Below, piece after piece: positions 11,379 to 24,341 of a DNA stretch of 40,079 nucleotides. The position numbers and the translations under genes are program-made. Location of the stretch: assembly GCF_001194135.2 (NCBI RefSeq), contig NC_068983.1, positions 46,012,700 through 46,052,778 of the forward strand, written 5' to 3'. This DNA is from Octopus bimaculoides (taxonomy: Eukaryota). The notes beneath the pieces are model-generated. The model did not search any database and had not been told where the DNA came from. It saw only the letters and a program-made list of their open reading frames with translations. How positions within the stretch are numbered: position 1 is the first letter of the stretch; the number at the start of each line of letters is the position of its first letter.

Positions 11379-12808
11379 AACATGTATATAGGAGCACCCA
11401 GTGGGTTACGACAACGAGGATCCCAGCTGATATGTTCAACGGGACAGCTTGCTAGTGAAATTAACGTGCAAGTGGCTGAGCACTCCACGGACTTACTCAT
11501 CACTCAATGTTGTATAGACTATTGTCAACAGCAACTACAATGTTTTGATATTTTGCTGGTTTACATTTCAAGCGTCGGAAGTCATAAAAAAGCTAAACTT
11601 TGTTTAGACTTGAATTCGAAGTCTAAATTAATTTGAATAATTAAGTGAAATAATTGAGTTTTTCCTTTGTTTTAAATAGAGGAACAGATGAGCCAAGTTA
11701 TTATTTTCCTCTTGTAGTTGATCCATGCAGTAGCAATCCATGTCAAAATGGAGGTAAATGTACAAACAAGGAAGATAAGTTCGAATGTGAATGTGTCCCA
11801 GGATACAGAGGAGATGATTGTTCTATAGGTTAGTAAAATTATTTGATTCTGTTCATATTCTACCGAGACTAACTTTGCCTTTCTTCCATCAGATCGATAA
11901 AATATGTACAAATTGAACACTAGGGTCGATGTAATCGACTTACTCCTATTCACGAACGTGCTTGTCATTATTATTTTATTCTGTTATAATTCCTACGCGG
12001 TCAACTTTGGATTTCTTCCTTTCGAGGTCGATATGATAAGTACCAGCTGAGAACTGGGATCGATGTAATCTTCTTATCCACTCCTCCGAAATTTCTAGCA
12101 TTGTACGAAAATGTGAAACCAATATTATTTAATTCTCTCCATAGAGAAGCCATCTTTGTGCTTGCAACCTTTCTTACTTCATATGGAACAGAACGAAGAA
12201 ATGGCAAGAGATATTGTTCCAAAGTTAACTAGAAATTCTGGATCCACTGATTCTGGGAACATAAGAATACTCCGTTACAATGTGACATCACAGTCCACAT
12301 TGCCATTACTGAGATAGACAACCAAAATTTCAATAATTTACGGAATTAAAAATTTCCTAATGTAACATCGACATGGTTATAAATTGTATAATCTTTTAAT
12401 TCTTTTAAGAACTATTTATATTCAACATTAATATATTTTATACTGAGCACAGTATTTAAATAGACAAACAATTTGCTATCAGCAATGCGTCATATGCTGA
12501 AAGAGTTAATCTATAAAAGCGAGGATACTAAATATTTAATGTACTTCTTACTTTCAGTTGATCCATGCAGTAGTAATCCGTGTAAGAATGGAGGTAAATG
12601 TACAAACAAGGGAGATAAGTTTGAATGTGAATGTATCCCAGGATACAGAGGAGAAGACTGTTCTATAGGTTGGTACTCACATTTAATAATAGGCACGGAA
12701 GCGTCGGGTTGTGTGTGAAAGTGCAGATCATATAAATTTAATTTTAGTCGTAAGTAATCACGCAAAAAACGGACAGATATTTATACTCATACACACAAAC
12801 ATATGGAT

Positions 12809-12876
<68 letters not shown>

Positions 12877-13252
12877 AAAAGAAGACAAAGAAAATTCTTT
12901 AACACATCTTTTAGTAGAAGATACGTTGAGCCAAACCATCTGACGGTATAATTGACGTGAAACTTGGATTTTTTACGTTAGAAGCATTCCGTCTTTAACT
13001 TGGAGTCCGACAATGTTGATATCCCAGTATTTAGGTTGAATGCTTCTCTTGAATAACCCCACTTCACACCCAAACTGACCCTAGTCATTTGCTCTCTCTA
13101 TATGTATATTAAGAAGGAGTCAGAATTTTGGATAATTCTTTATTAGCGCTTTCTTCCGTTCAATAGAACTCTTCAGATATACACCCCTTCAAATACTCTA
13201 TACATACATCGATGCATACATACATACATACAGACAGACAGACAGACACACT

Positions 13253-13334
<82 letters not shown>

Positions 13335-14613
13335 TAATAGTTACAGAAGCACTATTGATAACAAAAGGTAATAATGATCTCCAACTGAACTTGGACGCTG
13401 TTCTAGAATACAGAATACTGAGTTATTAACCTTGAGAGAGTCTCTCATAAGGATTCATGTTGCATACACAATCATACTTCACGCTACGTCGTTAATAGGT
13501 TCCAGCAGATACAACTTAAGTCGAAATAACCATTATTTAAATCAATATACATGTAATAATTAAAATCTAGGCTAGCTTAGGTTGTTTTTATGTTAGCCTA
13601 TGAATTCGGTAAATAGTTAGGCAAGCCTAGGCTGCTTTTCTATTAGATAATAAATAATTTCAAATACTATACTGTTGCCTACCTGATGGCTGATGTCGGT
13701 GTTACTCGTTGAGGCTGCTGTAGTAGAAGACACTTGCCCAAGGTGTCACACAGTGGGAATGAACCCGGAACCATGTGGTTGGTAAGCAAGATACTTACCA
13801 CACAGCCACTCATGTAAAATCAAAAAAAAGATAGAGTGAGGTTTTCTTTACGGGATTGGTCACAGAATTTATTCTAATACTATGTCTCTCCTAAGTACCA
13901 AGGCTAGGAAATTCTATGTCTACATTGTGATACACGTTATTGTGTATGAGTATATAACTGTAACTTTGTATATATATACATATATATATATATATATTTG
14001 AGTATGTGTGCTCTATAAATGAACAGCTGATCGTCGTGGCACTCCGTCGGTTGCGACGACGTGGGTTCCAGTTGATTCGATCAATGGACTCGCCACCACC
14101 CCCTGCCGGAGCTTCGTGAAGCTTTAGGTGTTTTCGCTCAATAAACACTCGCAACACCCGGTCTGGGAATCGAAACCGCGAGTCCGCTGCCCTAACCACT
14201 GGGCCATTGCGCCTCCACGTATAGATGATAAATAGATTAAAAAAACGAGAGACAGAGAGATATGATAGATTAAGGTATTTAAACAATTCACTAAAAGCAA
14301 ATAATTTACGTATTTTATAAAATAATCGTAATCTTTAACTTTTCTATGTTTCACTCACAACGTCCAAGCTGGAGCATTTGCTTGAGGGTTTTAATCGAAC
14401 AAATCGTCCACAGTATTTCATTTTTCTAAGCCTGGTATTTATTCTATCGGTATATTTTTGCCAAATGGATAAGTTACTGGAATAGAAACAAACCAGCACC
14501 GGTTATCTGACGGTGGTGGTGCACAAGCACAAATTTGGACACACATAGACATATGCATACATACACACACACTCACACAAAAACAAACTCTCTCTTTCTC
14601 TTTCTCATACACA

Positions 14614-14653
<40 letters not shown>

Positions 14654-17600
14654 TATATATGTATTCGGCTAAGGCCCACAAAATCTATTGAGAGCTTCGG
14701 TCCGTCCGTGACTGCATTAGAAGAAATTTACCCTATTTGCCTCGCAATGGGATCGAAACCGGAACCATATGGTTGAGGAGCAAACTCTTACTACCTAACC
14801 GCCCCTGCAATTATGGATAAATACATCAGCATTTTTATTCTTTTAGTTGATCCATGCAGCAGCAATCCGTGTAAGAATGGAGGTAAATGTACAAACAAGG
14901 GAGATAGGTTTGAATGTGAATGTGTTCCAGGATACAGAGGAGATGACTGTGCAATAGGTGGGTAATAATCTTTTGACTTGATCATATACATATATTGTAT
15001 ATTGAGTAAAAGGAGGCAGTCAGAACTTCGTATAATTCTTTATTAGTGCTTTCGTTTGTTTTTCGAACTCGTCAGTAAAAAGTCAAAATCAAAGCGGTAA
15101 AAACAAAACGTTTTGTTGTTCGATTATATGAATCGGATGCGTTTTGCTTTGTTTAGAATATGAGAATATTGTTTTGGCTTTTTGGAAAAAAAGGGGAAAG
15201 AGAGAAAGAAAATCAAATAAGGGGGATAGATAAAGAGAGAGGTTTCAGGACAATTAAGAAAGAGCAGAAAAAATAATAAAGTATGGGAAAGGATAAAGAG
15301 ATCAAGGTAGAGAGAGAGGTTTTTTCAATTCGGTGTGGTCAATCCATTGAAATTTCATTACAAAGCATTTTTCTTGCTTCCTTTTTTCTTTCCATTGTAT
15401 ACCTAGCAACATATTTGCAAATAAGCACATCTCCCCACAAGGGCCAGTGACCTTTCAAAGATGTCAATTTTGGGAAGTGGAATGGAAGAAATAAGAAAAG
15501 GGGGAGAAGATGCGATCATCACGGAAAAATATAAAAAGAGTTCAAATTTCAATATCCTATGACGATGTATATTCCTATTCACTTGTTTAGTCGTCCCATA
15601 TTCTGTGTAATTCTATGTTTTGCATAAGACAAACATTAAGTATTAGTACAATATTCATAAATTAGAAAAATAAAGTCAGAATACAAAAAATTATTTAGTA
15701 CTACTTTTAATTCAGTTTATATTCTATGTACATTTAATCAAACATCATAAATGAGTTTCGTATGCATATTGTATATTTAGCTGGAAGATACTCTCTAGGG
15801 TATAAATTATATAATATCGCATTGAGTATCGTTCATCCTTTTGCAAGAATTATTTTTCCTTTTTTCTTGCTTGCTTGGATAAGAGAATTCAAAAGTGATC
15901 ATATATATATATATATAATTTTATTTAAAAGAGTTCCAACTCTGTCTGTTTTTTTTTTTGTTTTTTTTTTATATTCTTGTAAAATTTATGTGGGATATAG
16001 AATATGGAATATATAATATATAATATAAAAAAAGATGGATGGTACAATGAAATGAAGTATTGAATGTCTTATTGAATATATGGAATATGTCTTATTGAAT
16101 ATATGAAATACTGAGTGTTCAATATAAAGGATTAAATATATAAATATATAAAGGCGAATACGTATTTTTTATACCTTGTGGTATTTCATNNNNNNNNNNN
16201 NNNNNNNNNNNNNNNNNNNNNNNNNNNNNNNNNNNNNNNNNNNNNNNNNNNNNNNNNNNNNNNNNNNNNNNNNNNNNNNNNNNNNNNNNNNNCAATAAGA
16301 CATATTCCATATATTCAATAAGACATATTCCATATATTCAATAAGACATTCAATACTTCATTTCATTGTACCATCCATCTTTTTTTATATTATATATTAT
16401 ATATTCCATATTCTATATCCCACATAAATTTTACAAGAATATAAATAAAAAACAAAAAAAAAACAGACAGAGTTGGAACTCTTTTAAATAAAATTATATA
16501 TATATAATATTAGGGAAAGTCAAAATCCGAATGAAGGTAAATGTGCAAACAAGGGAGATAAGTTCGAATGGGAATGTGTTCCAGGATACAGAGGAGATGA
16601 CTGTGCAATAGGTGGGTAACAAAAGATATAAAATAAGGTATAAAATGCTTCAGTTATAAAATAAGTGAATACATATAATTATATTTATCTTTCAGTTGAT
16701 CCTTGCAATAGCAATCCATGTCAGAACGAAGGTAAATGTACAAACAAGGGCGATAAGTTCGATTGCGAATGTGTCCCGGGGTTCAGAGGAGAAGACTGTT
16801 CTATAGGTTGGTATTGATGTTTTATGTATGCATATATCCCTCTGATAGTGTACGCATGTATTTTTACTTTTATGCGAATTAATAGAATATCAAATAAACA
16901 CATGAAAAGCTGCGTTAAAGATCTAGGAATACGTCATATGCAGTAAGCATTCTTCAGGCATTATTATCAAAATAAGACAGGAATAAAAATTTAACATATT
17001 TTATATTGAAGTTCGGAGTAGTGGAGCTAGCAAACAAGCAATATCTTTCAGTATTGTTGATTCCAAATGACAACTTAAGCATATTTTTTTACTTATAAAA
17101 GCCATTTAATTTTTAATATAAATACAGTTGATCCATGCAGCAGCAATCCATGTAAGAACGGAGCTAATTGTACTAACATGGGAAATAAATTCGAATGTAC
17201 ATGTGTCCCAGGATACAGAGGAGAAGACTGTTCTATAGGTTGGTACATTTTTTTTTTTCGTACGGTCGTGTATAATCGATTTATTGCCCAATTTGTGTGC
17301 GCAAGCGTAGCTTTTTTTTTATATTTTATATATAAATATGTAGAAAGATAAGAACGATAGGAATATTATATAAGAAAGATATGTATTTATAATGTGAGAG
17401 GACTTGATGGAATATATATTGAAAACTGCTAATGAATTGTTTCGTGTTGAAGAAAACTGAATGTATATTGTCTGAGAAACAGTCCAAAATCTATGAAGCA
17501 GTCTATATTAAAAGACTCATCCTGCTTTTCCTAGCACATGAAGAGCAGAGAAGGAATCTGTTTACATTCTGATTTCTCTCACGAACATGATTTCTAATGT

Positions 17601-19467
17601 TAGTTTCAAATTTTGGCACAAGGCCAGCAATTTCAGGGTCGGGAGTAAGTCGATTATATTTTCCCCAGTACTCGACTGGTACTTATTTTATCGACCCCAA
17701 GAGAATGAAAGGCAACAGCCTTTCTAATATTAAAATATATTTTAATCTTCCTAATTCATGCTATATCGTGCAAAAAAAATTACTGTTTAATTAATGGCGA
17801 GCCATCATAAGTACAAATATGTAACTTAAGCTGCCCAAATTTGATAGCTTATCTTTTTGTCTGTCCTTTGTATCGTATGTTACTCACAGGAAATATTTCC
17901 CTAGTGTCCATTCCCAATTTTTTCAGCCACCAGAGTTATTTCAGAAAGTTTCATAGTCAGAACGTATGAAACAAGTGCTAACTAAATGTCTAAAAATAAA
18001 CAGGGACATTTAGGACAAACATTATGAAAATGCTTTGAAAATGCAAATAGCTCGTTAGTGACTGCACATATATCAGCTGAATATTAGTATATACTATAGG
18101 CTAACTCGGGAAGGAAGTTGAGTAGTTCTTTGGAAACCAGTAAAACTTGATCGACCTCAAAGAGATGAAAGAAAAAGCTGATCTTGGCAGGAATCAAAAT
18201 GAAATCTTGGAAGAAGTTTCGTAAAACATTGTATCCGATGCTCTAACGATTCTGCCAGCTAAGATGTTAGTCTGAAGATCTGTTTTAATTAAGTTATTTG
18301 ATTTATTAAAACGGACGGGTAGAGGTATTAATGTAAATATTTTCACCTTTCAGTTGATCCTTGCAGTAGCGATCCGTGTCAGAATGGTGCTACATGTACA
18401 AACAATGGAAATAAGTTCGAATGCCAATGTCCCCCAGAATACAAAGGAAATGACTGTTCTATCGGTTAGTAACCAGATTTATATGTCTGCGGGTGTGTGC
18501 ACATGCGTATATTTTCGACTATATATTACATATAGCGGCGTACTGAGTTCAAATCCTGCCAATGCTAAATTGAGAAGTGGAGGTGCTTGTCTCCCCCTTG
18601 TAAACATAAGGACACAGGAAATGTGTAAAGGCCGACAGTAAGCGGTGCAGCTTCCTATGTCTAACCAACAGTAGTATTATTCCCTTCAGGGGACTGTCAC
18701 ATTAAGTTGACAGCATACAACTACTTAACTGTTTGTAATTGTTTATAATTTTCACCTTTAAAGATATTTTAATATGCTGGCCACTTTGATGGAATTTTTT
18801 GGGGAAAATATTTATCCTATATTAGAAGTATATATATGTACATGCACACGCTGATACCCAGAGCCATATATATGTCCTTGTGTGTACGAGGTCCCGAGTT
18901 CAATCTCGTATTTACAGCAAATCTTTTACTCTAAGATCTTCCCGATGAATTAAACTGGGTTAGACAGCAAGCGGAAACTCGGTGGATGTATTGTATTTCT
19001 AATTAAATTTTCCTCCCTCCTCATCCACTGCGTTTCACTGATTTTGCTGAAGAATTACTTTTGAGGTAAATAAATCTGTAGAATGACGTGGAATACGATA
19101 TCTTCATGATGATGCTGTTCTGCGCTTCTGACAACCAAATTCTCATCGTGTAAATCGACAGAGATTCAAGTGTTTACATCGTGTATACACTTGCATGTAT
19201 TCATGTGTGTCTGTGTATTTGTGTTTGTGTGTATTTGTGTGCAATGCCTATATAAATATGCGTGAACAAGTTTGTATATGCATCGATCTATGTATACGTG
19301 TGCACACGTATTTATGGCTAAATGTACATTCAAGTAGTAAGCAGGGTTTCTGTCCAATAGATAACGCTTCTATTCTGTTAAGTGGTGATAAATAGATTAA
19401 CTTCCAAACTATTTTAATCGTTATTCCTTGCAACCGAACGATGATTACTTACTGCTGAACTACGGTG

Positions 19468-19501
<34 letters not shown>

Positions 19502-21469
19502 TGAAGGTGCATGGCTTAGTGGTTAGGGTATTTGGCTCACGATTGCAAGGTCGTGAGTTCAATTCCCGGCGTCGCGTTGTGTCCTTGAGCAAGGCACTTT
19601 ATTCAACGTTGCTCCACTCCACTCAACTGACAAAAATGTGCTGTACCTGTAATTCAAAGAGCCAGCCTTGTCACACTCTGTTTGTCACTCTGAATCTCTC
19701 CGACAACAACGCTAAGGGTATGCGTGTCTGTGGTATGCTCAGTCACTTAGATGTTAATTTCACGAGCAGGCTGTTCCGTTGATCGGATCGGCTGGAAACC
19801 TCATCTTTGTAGCCAACGAAGTACCAGTGTGTGTGTGTGTGTACTCAATGTGTATATTTTTTATATTTTCTCATGTACATATTTCCTTATTTCAGAGCGG
19901 CCTCCATGCATTTGTAGCACGTCAGGTGATTCAAACTACAAGACATTTGACGGTCAAATGATACATTTTATTGGTACTTGCTCATACACAATGTCGGCAA
20001 GTAAACCGGGTTACAATTCGACAACATTTGCAGTTGAAGTTCAAAGCATAAAGAAAGACAGCAAAGGACTCTTTAACCGTATCGTAGATGTGAAACTACC
20101 AACAAATGCAATCCGTATTTTACCATTCAGTGGAATTTTGGTACGCCATGTTGTCTTCTTGTAAATTATTGTCTTTCTATCATTGTAATATTGCTGTTTA
20201 TCTGTATGGATGTAGTGACTATAATTAGTTTCTAAATCGTTCTTGAGGATTACACAAAACATTTTATGCAAATTATTTTTCATGTTTCTCAACTTAGTTT
20301 TCGTTAGCGTGTGAGCAGTAAAGTTATTTAAGCGCTTTGAAATCTGTTTCTATAAACATACTTTTACCATTTTACTTGTTTCAGTCATTTGACTGCGGTC
20401 ATGCTGGAGCACCGCCTATTAGTCGAAGAAATCGATGCCCGGACTTATTTTTTGTAAGCCTAGCATTTATTCTATCGGTCTCTTTTGCCGAACCGCTAAG
20501 TTACAGGGGCGTAAACACACCAACATCGGTTGTCAAGCGATGGTGTGGAGACAAACACAGACACGTTGGTTATTCCACGCCTCGCGACAAGTTCACTGAA
20601 GCCCTTTCACTTTTTCTATATTTTTTCAAGTGTTGCCGACACGGTGCTACGAGATTACTGTCTGATTATTATTATTATTATTATTATTATTANNNNNNNN
20701 NNNNNNNNNNNNNNNNNNNNNNNNNNATATATAGTTATATATATACGACAGGCTTCTTCTAGTTTCCGTCTACCATATCTACTCACAAGGCTTTGGTCGG
20801 CCCGAGGCTATAGTAGAAGACACTTGCCGAAGGTGCCACGCAGTTGGACTGAACCCAAAACCATGTAGTTGAGAACCAAGCTTCTTACCACAAAGCTTCT
20901 GTAATTTTATACAACATGTGCGTGTTTTAATGACTTTAGTGTTTCCCTGGTAATATAATTGCTTGAATATTATCATATGATCACGGGTCAAATAATTTGT
21001 TCAATATATTCAACTAACTTACATTTTGATGTATTTTCAGGTCAATTCAGTAAAGAAATCTCTGCCAATAATTGACAATAAAGAATTTTCTGCGTATTTT
21101 TCTGTTGGTTCCATAACACTAACAACCGATTGGGGTTTAATTGTAAGATTCGATAGAACGCATCAAGTTTCTGTGACTCTTCCGCCTTCATTTACGAACA
21201 AAGTGACGGGAATTTGTGGTGATTGCAACGATAAGAAAGATGATTACCGCACAAAGTCTGGCAAACCTCTGTCGCATAATCCTGCAGATTTCGAAAGATT
21301 AGGAGAAAGTTACAGAGTTTTCGATGCTAATAACTCCACGTAAGATGCTAAACAATTTCCAAACGATACAAAAAATAACAGACAGACAGACACGTGTGTT
21401 TATACACAGATATATACATATATAATGCATAAAACATATAAGGTATTGCATACATACACATATAACACA

Positions 21470-21516
<47 letters not shown>

Positions 21517-22092
21517 GGCGCGTGGCTTAGTGGTTAGGACATTCGGCTTATGATCGTAAGGTCGTGAGTTCAATTCCCAGCGATGCATTGTGTTCTTCAG
21601 TAGACTGAAGTAATTAATAGATGAAATAGATGAAATAGAGGTACATGGATGATTCTCTAGGCCTCTTCAGAGATATTATTAAGTTCATAAGTTTAAGTTT
21701 AAAATATCCAAATATAAAAATATATAAAGACCGTAAAAACCCACATATATATGCATACTTTAACATATACATCGATGTACATAAATAAACATAAATACAT
21801 ACATACGTATATGTACATTTAGATGTCCATACATGCACACAAATGAATCAATTATTATTGTTATTATACGTGAGGAGGACACATATATATACACACCCAC
21901 ACATACATACATACACACATGTATACATAAACATTTCCGTACAGACATGTTCATTAGTACATACGCATTATTTGCGTTTGGAATGGAGGACTGATGCATT
22001 AGTTGGTATCGTTATAATTCCAACAAAAATGTCTGAACCTATATGTATATATAAATATACATCAAAAATATATGGGGTACATACGTATATAG

Positions 22093-22135
<43 letters not shown>

Positions 22136-22364
22136 AAAACACACACACAACACACACACACATATATATANNNNNNNNNNNNNNNNNNNNNNNNNNNNNN
22201 NNNNNNNNNNNNNNNNNNNNNNNNNNNNNNNNNNATATATATATATATATACATATACGACGGCTTCATTCAGTTTCTGTCAACCAAATCCATTTACAAG
22301 GTTTTGGTCGGCCCGAGTAGAAGACACTTACGAAAGGTGCCACGCAGTGGGTCTGAATCCGGAA

Positions 22365-22413
<49 letters not shown>

Positions 22414-23015
22414 ATGTATGTATATCTTGTATGAGTCTGACTTAGTGAATAGAAGAAAAGAATAATTATTACTGTATATGTTGTCTGTTTATGTCTTATA
22501 TTGAACATTATTTTCTTTACAATGTAGATGCTATACTAAAGAGGTAATACAAAACTGCTCAGAATCGCATGAATGTGACATATTTAAAAGCCCAGTATTC
22601 GAAGAATGTGCCAAAAAACTGGGAAAAGATCGAATCGATGAATTTCAAGAAGCTTGTCAAGTGGATACGTGCTCTTATGTACACAACAAAGTGAATAAAA
22701 AGATGTCTTTTTGTAGAGTGATGGAAGTATTCGCAAAAGAGTGTCGTAATGCAGGGGCCGAAGTCGAGTGGACCATATCAAAATGCTGTGAGTTACTATA
22801 TATTTGTATTTAAATACATACATATATATTTTTTTCCTGTAGTTTCAGCTCAGAGCTGCGGCCATGCTGATGGTCTCAAGGTCTGGGTACATGGCGTAAA
22901 TAAAATCATGACATAAACAACAATTAAATATAAGAAATAATAATTTCTTAAAGTATGTGTTAATCGTCATGTACCTAGACTTTCTGGACACCCTGTATAT
23001 TATTTNNNNNNNNNN

Positions 23016-23050
<35 letters not shown>

Positions 23051-24299
23051 TCAATATATAAAGTGTATTAAATACATGAAAAAGAAAACTGTATATATGC
23101 ATACATATAAAAATGTCCTACACACAGTACAAATGATATAGAGAATTCTATAATTTTTATTTTGTGTAAGCTGAACCATTTTTATATGTATACATATATA
23201 CATTTTTTGTATTTCATGAATTTAATGTATTTTATATCTCGATGTGTCTAATTTGCTTATCCCTACATTTACTTCTATACCTGTTCAAGTTTAAATCTCT
23301 TGAGCACTACAAAGAGTGCTCTGTATAGAGAATATCTGGATATCCTCTATGAACTATATATACATGTGTGTGTTTGATTGTCTGCATGTGTGTCTGTGTG
23401 TGTGTGTGTGTGTGTGCGTGTGTGTGTGTGTGTGTGTGTGAATGTGTGTGTGTGTTTCAGTCATTGGACTGCAGCCATGCGAGGGCGCCGCCTTGAAGCT
23501 TTTAGTCGAACAACTCACCCTCGGTACTTATTTCTTTAAGTCTAGTACTAATTTTAGCGGTCTATTTCGTCGAACCGATAGCTTACGGGAACGTAAAACA
23601 AACTAAGATAGCTTATCAAATAGTGACACCAAACATAGATATATATATGTGTGTGTGTGTGTGTGTAAATGTAAGATCTAATGATCGAGGTGTAGGAAGA
23701 AAGGGAGCTTCAAACAATCTGTAGAAAATATGAAAAATAAAACAACTTTCAGGAACATTAGTGGTTCATTGGGCCGGAAGGTTGTGAATTTTTCCTTGGT
23801 CGAAGTGCGATAAGTTGAAAACAAATTTATTTTATATTTCACGGTTGGCAGACAGGGTTGCCAGGTGTGCGAATAAAAATCCGAGGGGTAAGGAATGGCG
23901 TAGATAAAATCCGGGCCACATATGTTTCATAGTGAGCGAAAACTCAGAAGTGGTAAATAGCTAAACGAGGTGTATCGCAAGATATTCTTCAGACCAAGGG
24001 TATCATGATTAAATTAAGTTTGCCCATGTTAACACACAATCATTCTGACTGAATCTTCTGTGTGTTAATATGGGTCAAAGTAAACTTCATATAATCAAGA
24101 TAACCGTGGCCTGCGGTATACATCTCGCTTAGATATTTATAAATTAAGGGCAAACCATTTTTTACCCCCGCCCATATATGACTCTCAATTGCGGGATTGC
24201 CACGCAGTAACCAGCATTTGGGTATGAACAATTGGGTACACTATATTGGATAGATACTATACCTTAGTTGGTTGGCTTCCCAACCTCTAACTCTCAAAG

Positions 24300-24341
<42 letters not shown>

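Noticed and set aside
1083-12718. ORF extensions [22 protein letters not shown] before the EGF exons, superficially signal-peptide-like
   Set aside because: These are duplicated intron sequence ending in a pyrimidine tract and AG. They have frequent substitutions and indels and often start at non-ATG codons.
1079-17291. Recurrent minus-strand ORFs such as [28 protein letters not shown] and [13 protein letters not shown]
   Set aside because: Antisense shadows of the + strand EGF exons; no independent splice or domain evidence
289-18464. Regularly spaced near-identical repeats resembling a CRISPR or cassette array
   Set aside because: The repeats are 111-nt spliceosomal exons with homologous introns. 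There are no unique spacers, no cas genes, and the context is eukaryotic.
19505-21596. tRNA-like A/B boxes
   Set aside because: They continue into SINE bodies and lack a full cloverleaf, so they are SINE heads and not tRNA genes
22981-22998. ggacaccctgta (TACAGGGTGTCC reversed), Tc1/mariner-type TIR
   Set aside because: Single short match next to a gap, with no partner TIR or coding remnant
23853-23864. CAGGGTTGCCAG, hAT-type TIR word
   Set aside because: No matching opposite TIR or TSD found in the window, so it cannot be delimited
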